Positions 1-18,224 of a stretch of DNA of 64,000 bases are shown piece by piece. The notes under the pieces are model-generated. The model was given only the letters and a program-made list of their open reading frames with translations. It searched no databases and was not told the DNA's origin. The position numbers and the translations under genes were made by a program. Numbering within the stretch: position 1 is the first letter of the stretch; the number at the start of each line of letters is the position of its first letter. The stretch is from the human T2T-CHM13v2.0 reference genome, Homo sapiens, in NCBI RefSeq assembly GCF_009914755.1, contig NC_060934.1; one strand, given 5' to 3'.

Positions 1-430
<430 letters not shown>

Positions 431-872
431 AATCCTAATTTGATAGACCCCAAATAAGAGCTCATGGCTGTTTTATTTTGCTTTTCTATCTTAACAAATG
501 AAGCTAATTATTTTTTCATATAATTATTAGTCATTTTATTTTCTTCTCTAAAGTGCTTTAGAGTGGCCTTTGCCAGTCTGCCTGTGTATTTATCTTAATT
601 GTAGTAATACAATTATGTTCTCATATAAAGAAGATTTTGTATACCATATATTATCTCCCACCGTTCGTCATTCTTCTCAATTTGGCTTAAAGTATTTTTC
701 CTACTGTCAAATTTTACTTAAGGTGGGTTTCTTTCCCCATGAATTCTAAAATATATCAATCTTTCTACCATGTTCCCTTTTTTTAAAATTTTTTTGGCCA
801 TCCCCATCATATAGATAATTTTTTTTTTTTTTTTTTACTGCATCTATTTTTTTTTCTTTGTACTTTTGGGGC

Positions 873-1560
873 ACTGGTTCTGGACTTTGACTGTACATTT
901 AAATCACCTGGGAAACTTTTAGAATTGTTGACACCTGGGTCTCAGCACCCCCTACCTGCATTCTGATTTAATGGGCGTGGGGTACATTCAGGCAGAGGGA
1001 GTATTAAGGCTCCAGAGTGATTCTAATGAGCCATCCAGGTTAAGAAGCATTGCAAACTTTTTCTATAAATGAACATATAGTAAATATTAATAAATATTTT
1101 AGGCTGTCACAACGACTCAACTTTGCTGTAAATAATAGGAAAACAAATAGGTGTGACCATATTCCAGTAAAATGTTATTCATATAAATAGGCCATGGACA
1201 CTAATTTTCTACACTTGCTTTGGAGGCATGGGATTCAAATCCATTGTGCACATGAATCACCTGGCATTTGTAAACATCCAGATTCTGACTCAGTGGGTCT
1301 CCGATGGGGCCTGATACTGTGCATTTCTAACAAGCTCTAAGCTATCGTCAATGCTGTTGGTCAGAAGACCACACTTTGGGAAAACAAGGCTGCAAGGCAG
1401 TGGTCCCCAGATTTCTCTGCCATTGCAATCACCCGAGGATTTTAAAGCAATACTGAGGCCTGCTTCCCACCAGATTCAACGGGTCTGGGATACAAGCTGG
1501 GCATCAGAATTTTTATAAATTCTGATTCGAGTGTGCAGCCAAGTTTGGGAACCAGTGGTT
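873..1560. mobile_element. Cluster of hAT-Charlie MITEs (about 3 MER5-type, plus MER58A-like at about 1050-1220)
   Basis: Repeated MER5 motifs (aatcacctgg..., gattctgactcagtgggtct, gcatttctaacaagctc, agtttgggaaccagtg) and MER58 motifs (gcaaactttttctataaa, atattccagtaaaatgttatt). Confidence 0.7.
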
Positions 1561-2552
1561 CAGAATATATTTTCTTTTCTCTAACCTTTAATTTGTTAAT
1601 CTGTTTTGATGTATTTATTTATTTTGGTTAACAGTGCACCAAAAGGACCAAGCTTTATTTTTCTAATCAAGAAGATTCTAATGTACAGCCAGATGATGGA
1701 TGAGGATGAGTCCAGTGTACAGCCAAGTTTGGGAATCACTGCTTTAGAGTATCTTTTATTTTCTTTTTTTAACCTCTAACTTGTTAATCCATCAGGATGT
1801 ATTTATTTATTTTGGCTAGTAGTATGCCAAAAGGAGAATGCTTTATTTTTTCTCCAAATAGCAAATTTCCGTTAATCCGAGTAATCACTTGAGTAATTTA
1901 AAACCAGTAATCTACCCTCTAAGCACACTACCAGTCTATTTAAATCAATTTTAAAGAACATACTGGCTAACTAGAAGTTAAATCAATAATACAATAAGAG
2001 ATTATTTATAAAACAAAGCATTCAGCTTAAGATTTTGGGGGAAAAGTAGTCTTGACAATAGGAGAAAGCTGATTTTTTAGTTTAGTGTTTATGACTAAAT
2101 AACCAGAAAACCAATAAATATGAAAAAAAATTTTAAAAATCTGTAGAATTTTATGGGAGCAAACAATGGCAACAAGAAAACAAACAAAATAAAGTTCTGG
2201 CTGATCCAATAAAAAAAGAAAAAAATTATCCACAATGATATTCTAATAAATCTGTGAAAAACCTCAGTGAGAGGGATGACTTTCTGAAAAATATAAACTT
2301 CGAAACTTGATACACACAAAAAAGAAATCCATTATAGGATAACAATTGAGATATACATTGAAATATATAGTAACAGCTTCCCTTACAGACTCTGCACCCA
2401 TATATAATTTATGATTAAATTATTGCACATACATTTTATTAAAATTCTAAACTGTTCCATAATACAAAACGAGATCTAAAGCTACTAACTTATATTATAA
2501 AATAAACATAAACTGAGGACCAAAAACTGACTCTCAAAGCACAAAAATAAAG

Positions 2553-2924
2553 TAGAAATGGCCCTCAACTTACAATGGTTCAACTTAATGATTTTCTGAC
2601 TTTTCAGTGGTGCAAAAGTGATACCTATTCACCTTAAACCATACTCTAAGTATTCACACAACCATTCTGTTTTTCACTTTCAGTACAGTATTCAATACAT
2701 TACACTAAATTTTCAGCACTTTATTATAAAATATGCTTTGCGTTAGATGATTTTGCCCAACAGTAGGTAATGTAAGTGTTCTGAGCATGTTTAAGATAGG
2801 GTAGGCTCAGCTGTGATGTTTGGTAGGTGAGGGGTATTAAATGCATTCTCAAACTTAAAATATTTTCAGTTTATGATGGGTTTGTGAGGATGTAACTCCA
2901 TGGTTAAATTGAGAAGCATCTGTA
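2553..2924. mobile_element. Tigger-family MITE, MER47A-like
   Basis: Terminal inverted repeats (cctcaacttacaatgg ... ccatggttaaattgagaagcatctgta) and internal gcgttagatgattttgcccaa...gtaagtgttctgagca. Confidence 0.8.
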
Positions 2925-3747
2925 TTCTAATATCACTAAGATCATAGATGCCAAAATTCTGTATATAATACCAACATAAATTATTCATCAATGAATTAAA
3001 ATGATAATCCAGAGCATTCTAGTTAAACATAGCAGATGGATCACAATGGTTTATGTCTGCCCCCTCTCAAAACTTCACTAAACTAATACAAATGTTGAGG
3101 GGGTAGGAAACAGCAGAATCCCACAAGAACAAAAAGAATGGAAGAGGAGATTACAACACAGAACAGACGAACACAAAATGTGGGTAGATACTCTGTTAGA
3201 AACTGACTTGGCATACATATATATGTATTTATTTATATTTATATAAACATATACATATATTTTCCATGTATATATTTCCATAATGAGAAAGAAAGACATA
3301 TACACACACATATGTCTATCTCCACAATGATAAACAGAATATTAAAAATGTCTTTGGTCAATACATAAAGACTGAGGTTGATGGGGGGGTGGTTGGGATG
3401 CAGAGATCACAGTGAAGAAGAAAACAACCATCCAAAAGGTGAAATGAAGTGGCTGACCCTGGGAAGAAGGAGGCTGTGACAATAACACTGATTGACTGGG
3501 GTGCCAAACAGGAGTAGTCACTACATGGCAGCAAGTGCATACACTTGAGGTGTTAAAATAGAGCAATATCCTGAGTAAACTGTAACTCTTGGAAGAAACA
3601 CACTGTCTCTACAGCTGTAAGACCAGTTACCGAATAGAAACACACAGTAGCATATCTCAGTACTCCCCAGACAAACTGCAACACACAAAGACAGCATTCA
3701 CATATAGGCTAACAGAAGATCTCAAATGCAAAGATAAGCACAAAACA

Positions 3748-3824
3748 GGCCAAGCACGGTGGCTCATGCCCGTCATCTCAGAACTTTGGGAGGCTGAGCA
3801 AGACTCCATCTCCAAACAAAAAAA
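3748..3824 (+). mobile_element. Internally deleted Alu: first ~50 nt fused to the 3' end and tail
   Basis: ggccaagcacggtggctcatgcc...ggaggctgag|caagactccatctc-aaacaaaaaaa. Confidence 0.85.
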
Positions 3825-4072
3825 CACTGTCAAGTACATCTACATATAACCACATGGATGAATCACACAGGCGTAACACTGAGAGAACAAGGCCTGACAC
3901 AGAGTCATTCTATATAACCCAGTTATATGAAGTTCAAAACTGGGCAAAACTGATATATGGTCAGGAGAGTGGTTACCTTTGTGGGGTGTAGTGACTAGAA
4001 GGTTGCCAGGAGAAGGGACTAGGGGGTGACAGGCAATAATGACTGTTTCTTGAGCTGAGCGTTGGCTTCTCA

Positions 4073-6900
<2,828 letters not shown>

Positions 6901-6909
6901 TAAAAAAAA

Positions 6910-8380
<1,471 letters not shown>

Positions 8381-8389
8381 AAATTAAAA

Positions 8390-9240
8390 GAAATGCAAAT
8401 TAAACAAAAATAAGTAAGCACTGTATTTATTCTACTTAATAGCAACATATTTGAGCTTCACCTAGTGGAGATGACTCTACAATGAAATAGTCTTATAATT
8501 CGATTGTGGAATTATAAACTGATAAAACCTTTTCAGAAAGTAATTCAGCATTATTAATCAAAGTAATTCCATTTCTGGGAATATAGCCTAAGAAAATATA
8601 ACAAAATATGGAAATATGCTACAGAAACAAAGATGCTCATTGCAAAATTGTTCATTAAGCAAGAAAAATAGAAAGCAGCTTAAAATCCAAAAATAGGTCT
8701 TACGTCTGATACATCTTCTTTATAGGATATTATATATGCTCAAAGATTGTAACAAGGAAAATTTTTGACATAATGTTAAGTTAAAGAAGTAGAATGTCGA
8801 AATTAAAATAGCGATTACCAGGAGCTGAGGGGAGAGGAAAAATTATTTGTTTAATGGGTTTAGAGTTTCAACTTTGCAAGATCAAAAAGTACTGGAGCTC
8901 TGTTTTGCAACAATAGGATATACTTAACATTACTGAACTGTACACTAAAAATAATTAAAATGGTAAATTTTATGTTATGTGTTTTTCACCACAATTTTTT
9001 AAAAATAGCAAATTGGAAATGCTGAAAAAAAAAAAAGAAGTAAAAGATGAAGTGCATGGTCCCTATGATAAAACTATGAAAACTATAGGTATGTATAAAA
9101 TGAAAAAGTAGAAGAAAAGCATAAAATGATGACAGTGGCCATGTTACAAAGGCAGACATTTTGGATTTCTTTAATATTCTTGAGTTTTTTAATTTTTTTG
9201 TAATATTTATATCAAAATTTCTATTTTTATGCATAATTAC
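8390..9240 (+). mobile_element. L1ME/L1MB 3'-end fragments
   Basis: agagtttcaactttgcaagat...actgaactgtacactaaaaata...aaatggtaaattttatgttatgtg at 8820-9000, embedded in older A-rich L1-like sequence. Confidence 0.65.
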
Positions 9241-10138
9241 TTATTGCTGTAGTCATAAAGTCAGTGGCAAGTCAGGACTGGAATACAGGTTTTCCTGGCT
9301 CCGAGCCCTGTACTCACATGCAAGATTCAGTCACATGAGACCATGGGCTCCAGGTGAGGAGGACCCCCTGCCAGAGCTTTCCCTTCGAAACTTGCTGCCC
9401 AGGGCCTGAACAACTAGGTGAGGCTCCTCCTGAGAACTATTGCTGTGGAATTTTAGCAATGACCAGACAGATTAAGGGATCTTGAACTCCCTTCTCAGAT
9501 AAAAGCAGAGTTACTGTACTGACAGAAATTGAGGGATAAACAGGTAAATGATAACTCATTCACTGTTCAGGGTTCCTGTGATCCCCAGAGAGAAAAGACT
9601 CTGGAGATTCATACATGTGAGGTCTCGGGAGAGGACAAGACAGAAAACACAACAGCAAACACATCCCAGCCCATACCAGAAAGCCTGCCAGGGTTTTCCA
9701 ATTTGCTATTTTCCATTCCCTTTCACTCCTTAATCTTTAAATCCAAAAAGCTGAAAGGTTCCAATAAACGTCTGTCGTTTCCAATCCCTGCAGCCCCACG
9801 CAAATCCTGAAGAGCAATTATTTTTGTGGTGTCTGACAAGGTCATTGTTATCTGGCCTTGCAGCTCAGAGGGATCAAACTGAGGGCAGGCATATCAGGGT
9901 AAACAGAGGATGCCCAGGAGCATGGGGAGGCTTCTTCAGGGTGGTCCCCTGCACCCTTCTGCCATCACAGGTCCCACCTTCCATCCCCAGCTTGGTCACT
10001 GTGAGGACCACCTGCTTCTTAGCCCCAGCACAGAGTGAATCTGAGCCTCTCCTTCCCAGCTGGAGAAAAAGGACTGTCTCGCTTCCTCTCAAATGCCCCT
10101 GGGCTTTTGTTCCCACAGTCAGAATGTGTGTTCTATAA

Positions 10139-10403
<265 letters not shown>

Positions 10404-10705
10404 AATCCTGGCTCCCTACCTTAACCCAGTCCTGGTTCCTGTTCTGATAGATGCTCAACATCAGTTGATATTCAGACTGGGATTGTCGCCCATTCATTCA
10501 TTCATTCATTCACCCACACACATGCACAGAGTCACTGCTTCCACCACCCCTTGTGGTTCCAGATGCTGCAGCACAGGGGTGAGGCTCCTGCTTCCAGGTC
10601 TTCTATTTGAATAGAGGAGCCAGTAAGTAGAGAAACACATTTTTTAAAAGTAAACAAATAGGACTTACTCACTTTACCTCTTTACTTTGTTTTAAAATTA
10701 TTGAA

Positions 10706-10851
10706 TTTTTTAAGAGACAGTGTCTCATGGTCACCCATCCTGGGGTGCATGATCATAGCTCACTGGAGTCTTGACCTCATGGGCTCAAATGATCCTCTCA
10801 CCTCAGCCTCCCAACATGCTGGGATTATAGGCATAAGCCATTTTGCCTGGT
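10706..10851 (-). mobile_element. Alu monomer (FLAM/AluJ fragment)
   Basis: agagacagtgtctc...gggctcaaatgatcctctcacctcagcctcccaacatgctgggattataggc. Confidence 0.8.
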
Positions 10852-10859
10852 CTGACTTT

Positions 10860-11565
10860 ACATCTTAAATATATGTGAAATAACTTATCTTTTCCCTCTC
10901 CACTGCCAGAACCATGGTTCACACTGCTGTTACCTCCATCTGGACCAAGAGCCCCACACGGGTCTTCCTGCTTCACTTCTCTACCCCAGTCCCCCCAGGC
11001 CCCACCAGCATTCTCCAGAAAGCAGCCAGCATGGTCTTTTCAAATATCCATCAGATTACATTGCTCCCTGCCAAAAGCCATTACATGGCATCCATCTCAC
11101 TAAAATTACTTTCAGATTCCTTATCTCGCTCTGGAAGGCTCTCCATGGTTTCTGCTCATTTCATCACCACTCTCCATGTCCTCACGCCCTGCACACAGTG
11201 TCTCTGCTCCAGAAACATTTCCCAGTTCGTCCTCAGCTCTGAGTCTTCCCTTCTGTTTCTTTTCTTGGGAATGTTCTTCCCCCAGATCATTGCAAGGTTG
11301 GCTAATGGAGGTCTTCTCTGACCACCCGATCTGGAGCCCAGTCCTTCGCCGCCATTATCCATTCTTCTTTATAGGGTTTACCACAATCTAAAATGATCTC
11401 ATTTGCTTGTTCAGGTGCCTGCCTCCTGCCCGTTCCTCAGCAGACTATCTGCTCTATTGGGGCAGGTGTCTCACTCACTGGCTCACTACCAAGTGCACCC
11501 TCTTCTAGAACAGTGATGACTGGTACATAGTGAGTACTCACTACTGAAAATTAATAAATGCATTA
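10860..11565 (+). mobile_element. L2 LINE 3' region
   Basis: cagcattctccagaaagcagccagcatggtcttttcaaa...tggtacatagtgagtactca...aataaatg. Confidence 0.7.
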
Positions 11566-13714
11566 ATCCTTTCAAAGGAAAAGTAAGAAGGGTATTGGAT
11601 ACTAAGTTAAACCCATGGTTTTACTCAATTATTCAACGTTTTCTCAGGAAGTAGTGTATGTGCCCTTAGCTTAATAATTCCATCATTTGGTCTCTTCTCT
11701 CTAGTGGCTTTAATCCTGATTCTCTCCAAGGCCAGATGTTACAGTACAGAGCAGCTCTTCTCTGTGATGAAGGGAGAGGAAATATAACAATCTGGCCAGC
11801 TAATTCTAGGGTTATAGACACAGAAGCATGAATATTTAGATTCCAGGCATTTCAGCTGACAGAAACATTTTATATCAGTTCTAATGAAAAGGATTGACTA
11901 GGTTTCACTTATTGCTTGCCAACTGGAATTTTGTTAGGCACAATTACATAATGCAGAAGTATTTGAGCTGTGCCTACCCACATCAGAATCCTAAACTAGG
12001 TTTCAAAGGGACTACATTCCATTTTAAAGAAATTCCTAGTACTGCTAACTTTCCTGGAAATAAAAGCTATCCCTCCCTAAGACTGACATTTTTATGGCCA
12101 GAAATGTACATTTAATCTATTTGTTTTAAACTGTAATATATTATGGATGCCTAAATAAAGCCAAATGCCTATCAGAAAGCAGTTGAGAAAAGAAAATCTG
12201 CCTAGAAAACTATTCTTATGATCTCTGCTGGGTAAGAATAAAAAAGTACCACCCAAGACAGGCAAGACCACGCTCCCATGGTCAAATGTAAGGACAGAAA
12301 ATGAGCCACAACTCGCACTGTAGCCCCTGAAAAAAAAATTATCGATAGGTCCAAATGCCTCTTCCAAAAATGCTGACTCACTGAAAATTATTGCCATTTA
12401 ATAAATAGGAAGCAAGCTATTACATCGTTTGCCAAACTTTCTCCCACATTTCTGAAATATATTCTTTAATAGCTCAATAACATTCAGGAGCACTAGAGGC
12501 CAGTTAAATTCATCTAAAAAGGAAGGACGAGATTTCTGCCTCACCCAGCACATCTGCGTTGGGTGGGTATGCCAAGAAAACAGGAATCAAGGTGGCTATC
12601 ACCTCTCCACTAGACAGTTCCCCAAATCCAGCCTAGACGGAAAGCACTTTTTTTCCCAGGCAGCCTCCAGGAATACGGAATACTTTTGGGAGGAGAAGAG
12701 CCATGGACGGGTGAGTCCTTACCCCAGGATGCACAAACACCACAGCAAGACACCAATGACTGCCGGAAGTTCGGCGGTTCCTCCTTCTCCGGAGCAGCAG
12801 GCCCAGACTTCACCCGGTAGCCATTATGGAACAGGTCCCCCAGGGACTTCTTGCGGCGCCTGCCGGGTCTGTAAAGCTCTGTGCCGGTTCTGCTGGATGG
12901 GTGGCGGTACACCAGAATCTTACTGGGGATCATGGTAGAAGGAGGGAGATGGGCTAGGCTTTCGGCTCCCTTCCATTCACTTCTTGCAGGAGTCAATGCT
13001 CTGGAAAGACCTGGAGGAGCCTGTGTTCCTCTGACCCGTGCTGCAAACAGGTCCTCCTGTCCAGCGCAGTGTGGGTCACCAGCATCTATGTCCTGGTGGA
13101 GCCAATAGACACTCTCTCCTCCCTCACCCTCCAGTCCCTCTTGCAAGAACCCCGGCATGCTCTGGGCACTGGATGCACGCAGCCACATCAGAAAGGCGGT
13201 TAAGAGGGGCGGGGGAAGCACTCTGATCCACGATGTCCTGCGAGCTGATCAATCAGCTTCACGCTGGAAATAACCATGTAAGCTCCTTTGGACATGGTTT
13301 AGGGGGATAGAAAGAGAAAAGGCTATAATTCCTCAAATCAAGTGGTATAGAATAGAGTGTGAGAGAGGCTGCAGTTTGGGGCCCACTAAGTCGTTTCTTT
13401 TATTTTAGTAATCCTGCTTAACAACTGAGGACTCATAAGGAGGATTCCCTTAGAGGATGTGATGCCCAACAAGAAAGAAAAACTGAATTGTCCTACTCCT
13501 CCTGTCGTGGCCACCTCCCACCACTAACATAACCCAAATACGCAAATCCTCTGCTAATCCTACATACAGGACTGAGGAAGAAGAGGGATTCTGGGCTATC
13601 CAGAGGAAGATGGGAGGAGACACTCATTAGAGCTCCTTGGCCCACCCCCTGCTTCTTTGTCCCATTGTTTTCAGCATCTTCTCTCATTACCAACCCCAGC
13701 CCCCTCTTAGTTCT

Positions 13715-14100
13715 CTGTTACAGGCTACATTATGGACCCCCATCCCTGCCAAAGTCGTAGGTTGAAGCCCAAACCCCAATGTGATGGTATTTGGAGATGA
13801 GGTACTTTAGGGAGTGATTAGGTTTAGACAAGATCATGAGGATAGGGCCCTCATGATGAGATTAGTGCCATTATAAGAAGAGAGACCAGAGAGTTTGCTC
13901 TTTCTCCCTCTCTGCCATGTCAGGACACAGTGAGAGGGCAGCCGCCTGCAAGCCAGAAAGAGAGCCCTCACCAGAACCTGACCATGCTGGAATGCTGATC
14001 TCAGATGTCCAGCTTTCAGAACTGTGAGAAAATAAATCTCTGTTATTTCAGCCACCCAGTTTTTGATATCTTGTTAAGGCAGCCCAGAGTGACTATGAAA
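13715..14100 (+). mobile_element. MaLR solo LTR, MLT1A-like
   Basis: accccaatgtgatggtatttggagatg...gagccctcaccagaacctgaccatgctgg...cagaactgtgagaaaataaat. Confidence 0.85.
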
Positions 14101-14514
14101 GTCTCCCTTCCCAGGGTACTGAGTGTAAACAAAAATATGACACAGACAGAGAGAGGGGAAACATTAAAAATATAAACAGGAAAATATCCACATTCCACAA
14201 GTTGTTAGCTGAGGCTCCTCATAATTTAATCCCTACCTATTTTTTCAGACCTCTAGCAAGGCTAAAATTATTGGTAGAATTTTCAAAGCATAACATTTCT
14301 TCTCAATGTGGATTAGTTCATTCACCTGACCATGATGTATTGAGCATCTATTATGTGCCAAGCGTTTTGCTGGGTACTGGGTATTTGCTGATTAACAGGA
14401 ACAATGCACAAGTCCAGCCTTGGTGGCATTTATAGTATAATCAGAGAGTGAAACAATATATCATAACTGTAATTAACAATTTGGTTAAAGTGCTGTAAAG
14501 AAAAACCCTAAGTA

Positions 14515-14848
14515 GGCCGGGCGCAGTGGCTCATGCCTGTAATCCCAGCACTTTGGGAGGCCGAGGCAGGCGGATCACAAGGTCAGGAGATCGAGACCAT
14601 TCTGGCTAACACGGTGAAACCCTGTCTCTACTAAAAAATAAAAAAAAAAATTAGCCAGGCGTGGTGGCAGGTGCCTGTAGTCCCAGCTACTCAGGAGGCT
14701 GAGGCAGGAGAATGGCATGAACCTGGGAGGTGGAGCTTGCAGTAAGCCAAGATAGTGCCACTGCACTCCAGCCTGGGTGACAGAGGGAGACTCCATTTAA
14801 AAAAAAAAAAAGAAAAGAAAAGAAAAAAAGAAAACAAAAAAGAAAAAG
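14515..14848 (+). mobile_element. AluY/Sc-type, inserted in an antisense L2 fragment
   Basis: Full dimer; TSD gaaaaaccctaagta (14500-14514) / gaaaaaccccaagta (14849-14863). Confidence 0.95.
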
Positions 14849-15234
14849 GAAAAACCCCAAGTAGTTATCTGAGTATGTGTATGTGTATGTTACATAAATG
14901 TGTATCTGAGTGAATGTGTATGGAAAATGTGACATACATACGCAAAAGGGCTTCACAATAATTCTATATCCTAATGATATAGTAGCAGACAGCCAGGTAA
15001 AAAAATTATGGTGATGGCAATTTTTTTAGGCCGAGGGAACAGCATGACGAATATCTTGAAGAGGGAAGTAGATGGCCTGGTCCTGACTTGAAAGAAACTC
15101 AATGTGTTTAAAAAGAAATTGGTGAGAAACTAACTCTCCAACACCTAAAGTTGTCTGGAAATGATAGACAGAACTACAGGTCCTACAAACACTAAGAGGA
15201 TAATTTTAAAGTATTAGGAATAATATTATGTCTC

Positions 15235-17030
15235 CAAAACTTGACACCCTGATGAAATGAACAAATTCCTTTAAAAATACAATTTTCTCCAACTGACACA
15301 AGAAAAAATAGAAAATGTAAACAGCTACATATCTGTTAAATAAATGGAAACTTCAATGAAAAACATTCCCACAAAGAAAATTTCAGGTTCAGGCAGTTTC
15401 CACTGCAGAATTCTACCAAATATTTATGGTGGAAATAATACCAATATTACACAAACTCTTTCAGGGACTGGAGGAAAAGAGAACCCAACTTGATTTATAA
15501 TGCCAGAATAATCATGACATTGAAACCTAATAAGAGTATTATGAAAAGAAAAAAAATTACAGAAAAATATATGTCATCAACATAGACACAACAATCCTTA
15601 AATAAATACTAGTCAAATGAATCCAGCAGTATATAAAAAGAATAATACTTTAGAATCGAGTAAATAGAGTTTATCCCATGAGTAAAAGATTGGTTTAAAA
15701 AATGAAAATTAATTAATGTAATTCACCACATTGAAAAATTAAAAGACAAATCATATGATCATTTTAATAGGCATCAAAAAATAATGAAACTATGTTGTGT
15801 TAAGATAATGTGTCGTGCCCCCCAAAAAGACAAGTTGATTAATGAAACAGAGTCCAGAAATAGACCCATATATATACAATCAATTGATTTACAACAAAAG
15901 CACCAATACAACTCAATGAGAAAAATAAAGTCATCGCCACAAATGGAAGGAAAAATGGATATCTACAAAGGGAAAGAAATCAGTCTCAACTCTTACCTAA
16001 CACAATCTACAAAATTAGTTTGAGATGGATCACTGACTTCAATGTAAAAGCTAAATCTGAAGCCTCTATAAACAAACACAGCAGAGTGTCTTGAGGACAC
16101 TCGGATAAGCAAAGGCTTCTTAGATAGGACACAAAAGGCACTCACATTTTTAAAAAGACTGATAAATTAAATATCAGTAAAATAAAAAACTTCTCATAAA
16201 AAGACAATAAATTAAAAGATAAGCCACAGATTAAGAGGAAACACTTGCAGTACATTTATATGACAAAGAACTTACAGAAATAAAAATTAAAACTACAACA
16301 AGATGGCACCACAAATCCATTAGAATGGCTAAAATTTAAAAGTTGACATTATCAAGTGTTGGTGAAGAAACAAAGCAGCTGGCACCCTCACACGTTGCTA
16401 GTAGAAGTGTAAAATGGTGTATCTTCCTTTGGAAAACTGGCAGTTTCTTGTAATGTTAAACATGCATCTATCCTATGACCCAGAGACTCAATTTCTAAGT
16501 ATTTACCCAAGAAAAAAAAATATATGTCCACAAAATCATTTGTACAAGGATGTTCATAACAGCTTTATTCAAAATAAGCCAAAGTTGGAAACAACCTAAT
16601 GGCCATCAACAGGGTGGTCTGATAAACAAATTGTGGTATATCCCATAATGGAATATTAGCAGCAATAAAATGGAAGAAATTATTAATATATACAACAATA
16701 TATACAAATATCAAAAACCTTATTTTGAAGGAAAGGAGCTAGTTAGAAAAGTGAATACCCTGCATGATTCCATTCATACAAAAATTGAGAGCAGACAAGA
16801 CTAATCTATAGTGATTGAAGCCAAGATAGTGATTTTTTTATGTTCAAGGGAGGAGAGAGCAGATATTGACAGAAATGAGCATAAAGAAACATTCCAGGAT
16901 AGTAAAAATGTTCTCTATGTTGATATGGATGACAGACCATTTTACAGTGGTGCATATCTCTGTCAGAACTCACTGAATGCACCCTCAGGATCTATGCATT
17001 TTATTGCATGTATAATATACTTATTAAAAA
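15235..17030 (+). mobile_element. Old L1M (L1MC/MD-like) ORF2 and 3'UTR, internally deleted
   Basis: gatgaaatgaacaaattcct, gaattctaccaaatattta, agagtccagaaatagacccat, ataaacaaattgtggtatatcc. Confidence 0.8.
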
Positions 17031-17259
17031 CATTGAGATGGGCTGCCATGTTAGATGGTATCTCCCTGTCAACAGAGATACTCAAACAGAGTCTGCTTGT
17101 ACCAATTTAGGGAACACTAAAGTTTCACCTGATGCCTAAACAGAGATCATCTGCTGTAACCCTGTAAATTCCCTCCCAACTTCCAGTGGGCAGTATGGTA
17201 TGAAACCCCTGCAACTCAGAGATGGCTGGTTTAATTGGAGAAGTGAAGGATTTGTATTC

Positions 17260-17430
17260 AGGCTCTGCCACCAGCAGCTGCACATCTGAGTAAGTTATGT
17301 AACTCCTAGCCTCATTTCCTCATCTCCGAAATAGGGATTATGACATCTACTTCACAGACGAACTATCCAGATTAAAGAAAACGATGTTTGCAAAGCTCTG
17401 CACAGGGTCTGACACTCAGCAAATTCTCCT
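17260..17430 (+). mobile_element. MIR
   Basis: ggctctgccacc...cctcatttcctcatctccgaaatagggat. Confidence 0.65.
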
Positions 17431-18224
17431 CCAAAAATCTGCCAAAGCACTAGGGCCCAGTCAAACTGGTCTATATTCTGCCATCGAATGCCCCATCATC
17501 ACTGGGCAATCTGGTCTCCTACTGTAAATAAAAACCCCACCTATCTCCATGGGGCACATCTGCCAGCCTCTTCCTAGGACCCTGTAGGTGTGGCAATAAA
17601 TGTGGTCCCTGGAACCAGCAGCAGGGGATTTGGTTCCTGGCATCTCCACATACGAGCCACATGCTCTTGGAAGTTATTCCAACCCTGCCTCAAGTCTCTG
17701 ACTTTTAAAATGGGAAACACTTTTCAAGATAAATCTGTTCATCACAAGAAAGGATTTCTTATAAATTTGAAATATTTAAAAGAGAATTCTATGCAAACGT
17801 ATGCACACATACAAGTGAATGTGGGCCCATTTCTCTGGACATGTGTCTATTCCAAAAAAAACTGTCATAAACTGTATCCTCATTTTGCACTCCTCCCACC
17901 AGTGTGTCCCATGGTGCCACCTGGTATTGTCTGCCTGAAAGAATTCTAGGAGGGCTTCATTTGTCTCTGAAGTCATAGATCTTCATCTACCAATACTGGG
18001 AAAACTCCCTTGCTCCTCTTCCTCTGCATTAGGCTTGTTTTTCTGAGACAGAAGTGGTCAGAGAAAAAGGACACTGGAATCCATTCATTCATTTAAAAAT
18101 ATTGACCAAGAAATGAACTCAGACGAAATTGACCCCTTCAGTGAAGTCATATCTAATTCCCTCAACCCTGTACAAAGTAATAGTACATTTATTCAACAAC
18201 ATATTTTCATGGAGTACCTATTTA

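Noticed and set aside
10914-11321. 135-aa plus-strand ORF
   Set aside because: Lies inside an L2 remnant.
17910-17930. Weaker CTCF-like sequence (ataccaggtggcacca on the minus strand); similar at 24331-24346
   Set aside because: Mismatches at the 5' CC of the core; indistinguishable from chance without ChIP data.
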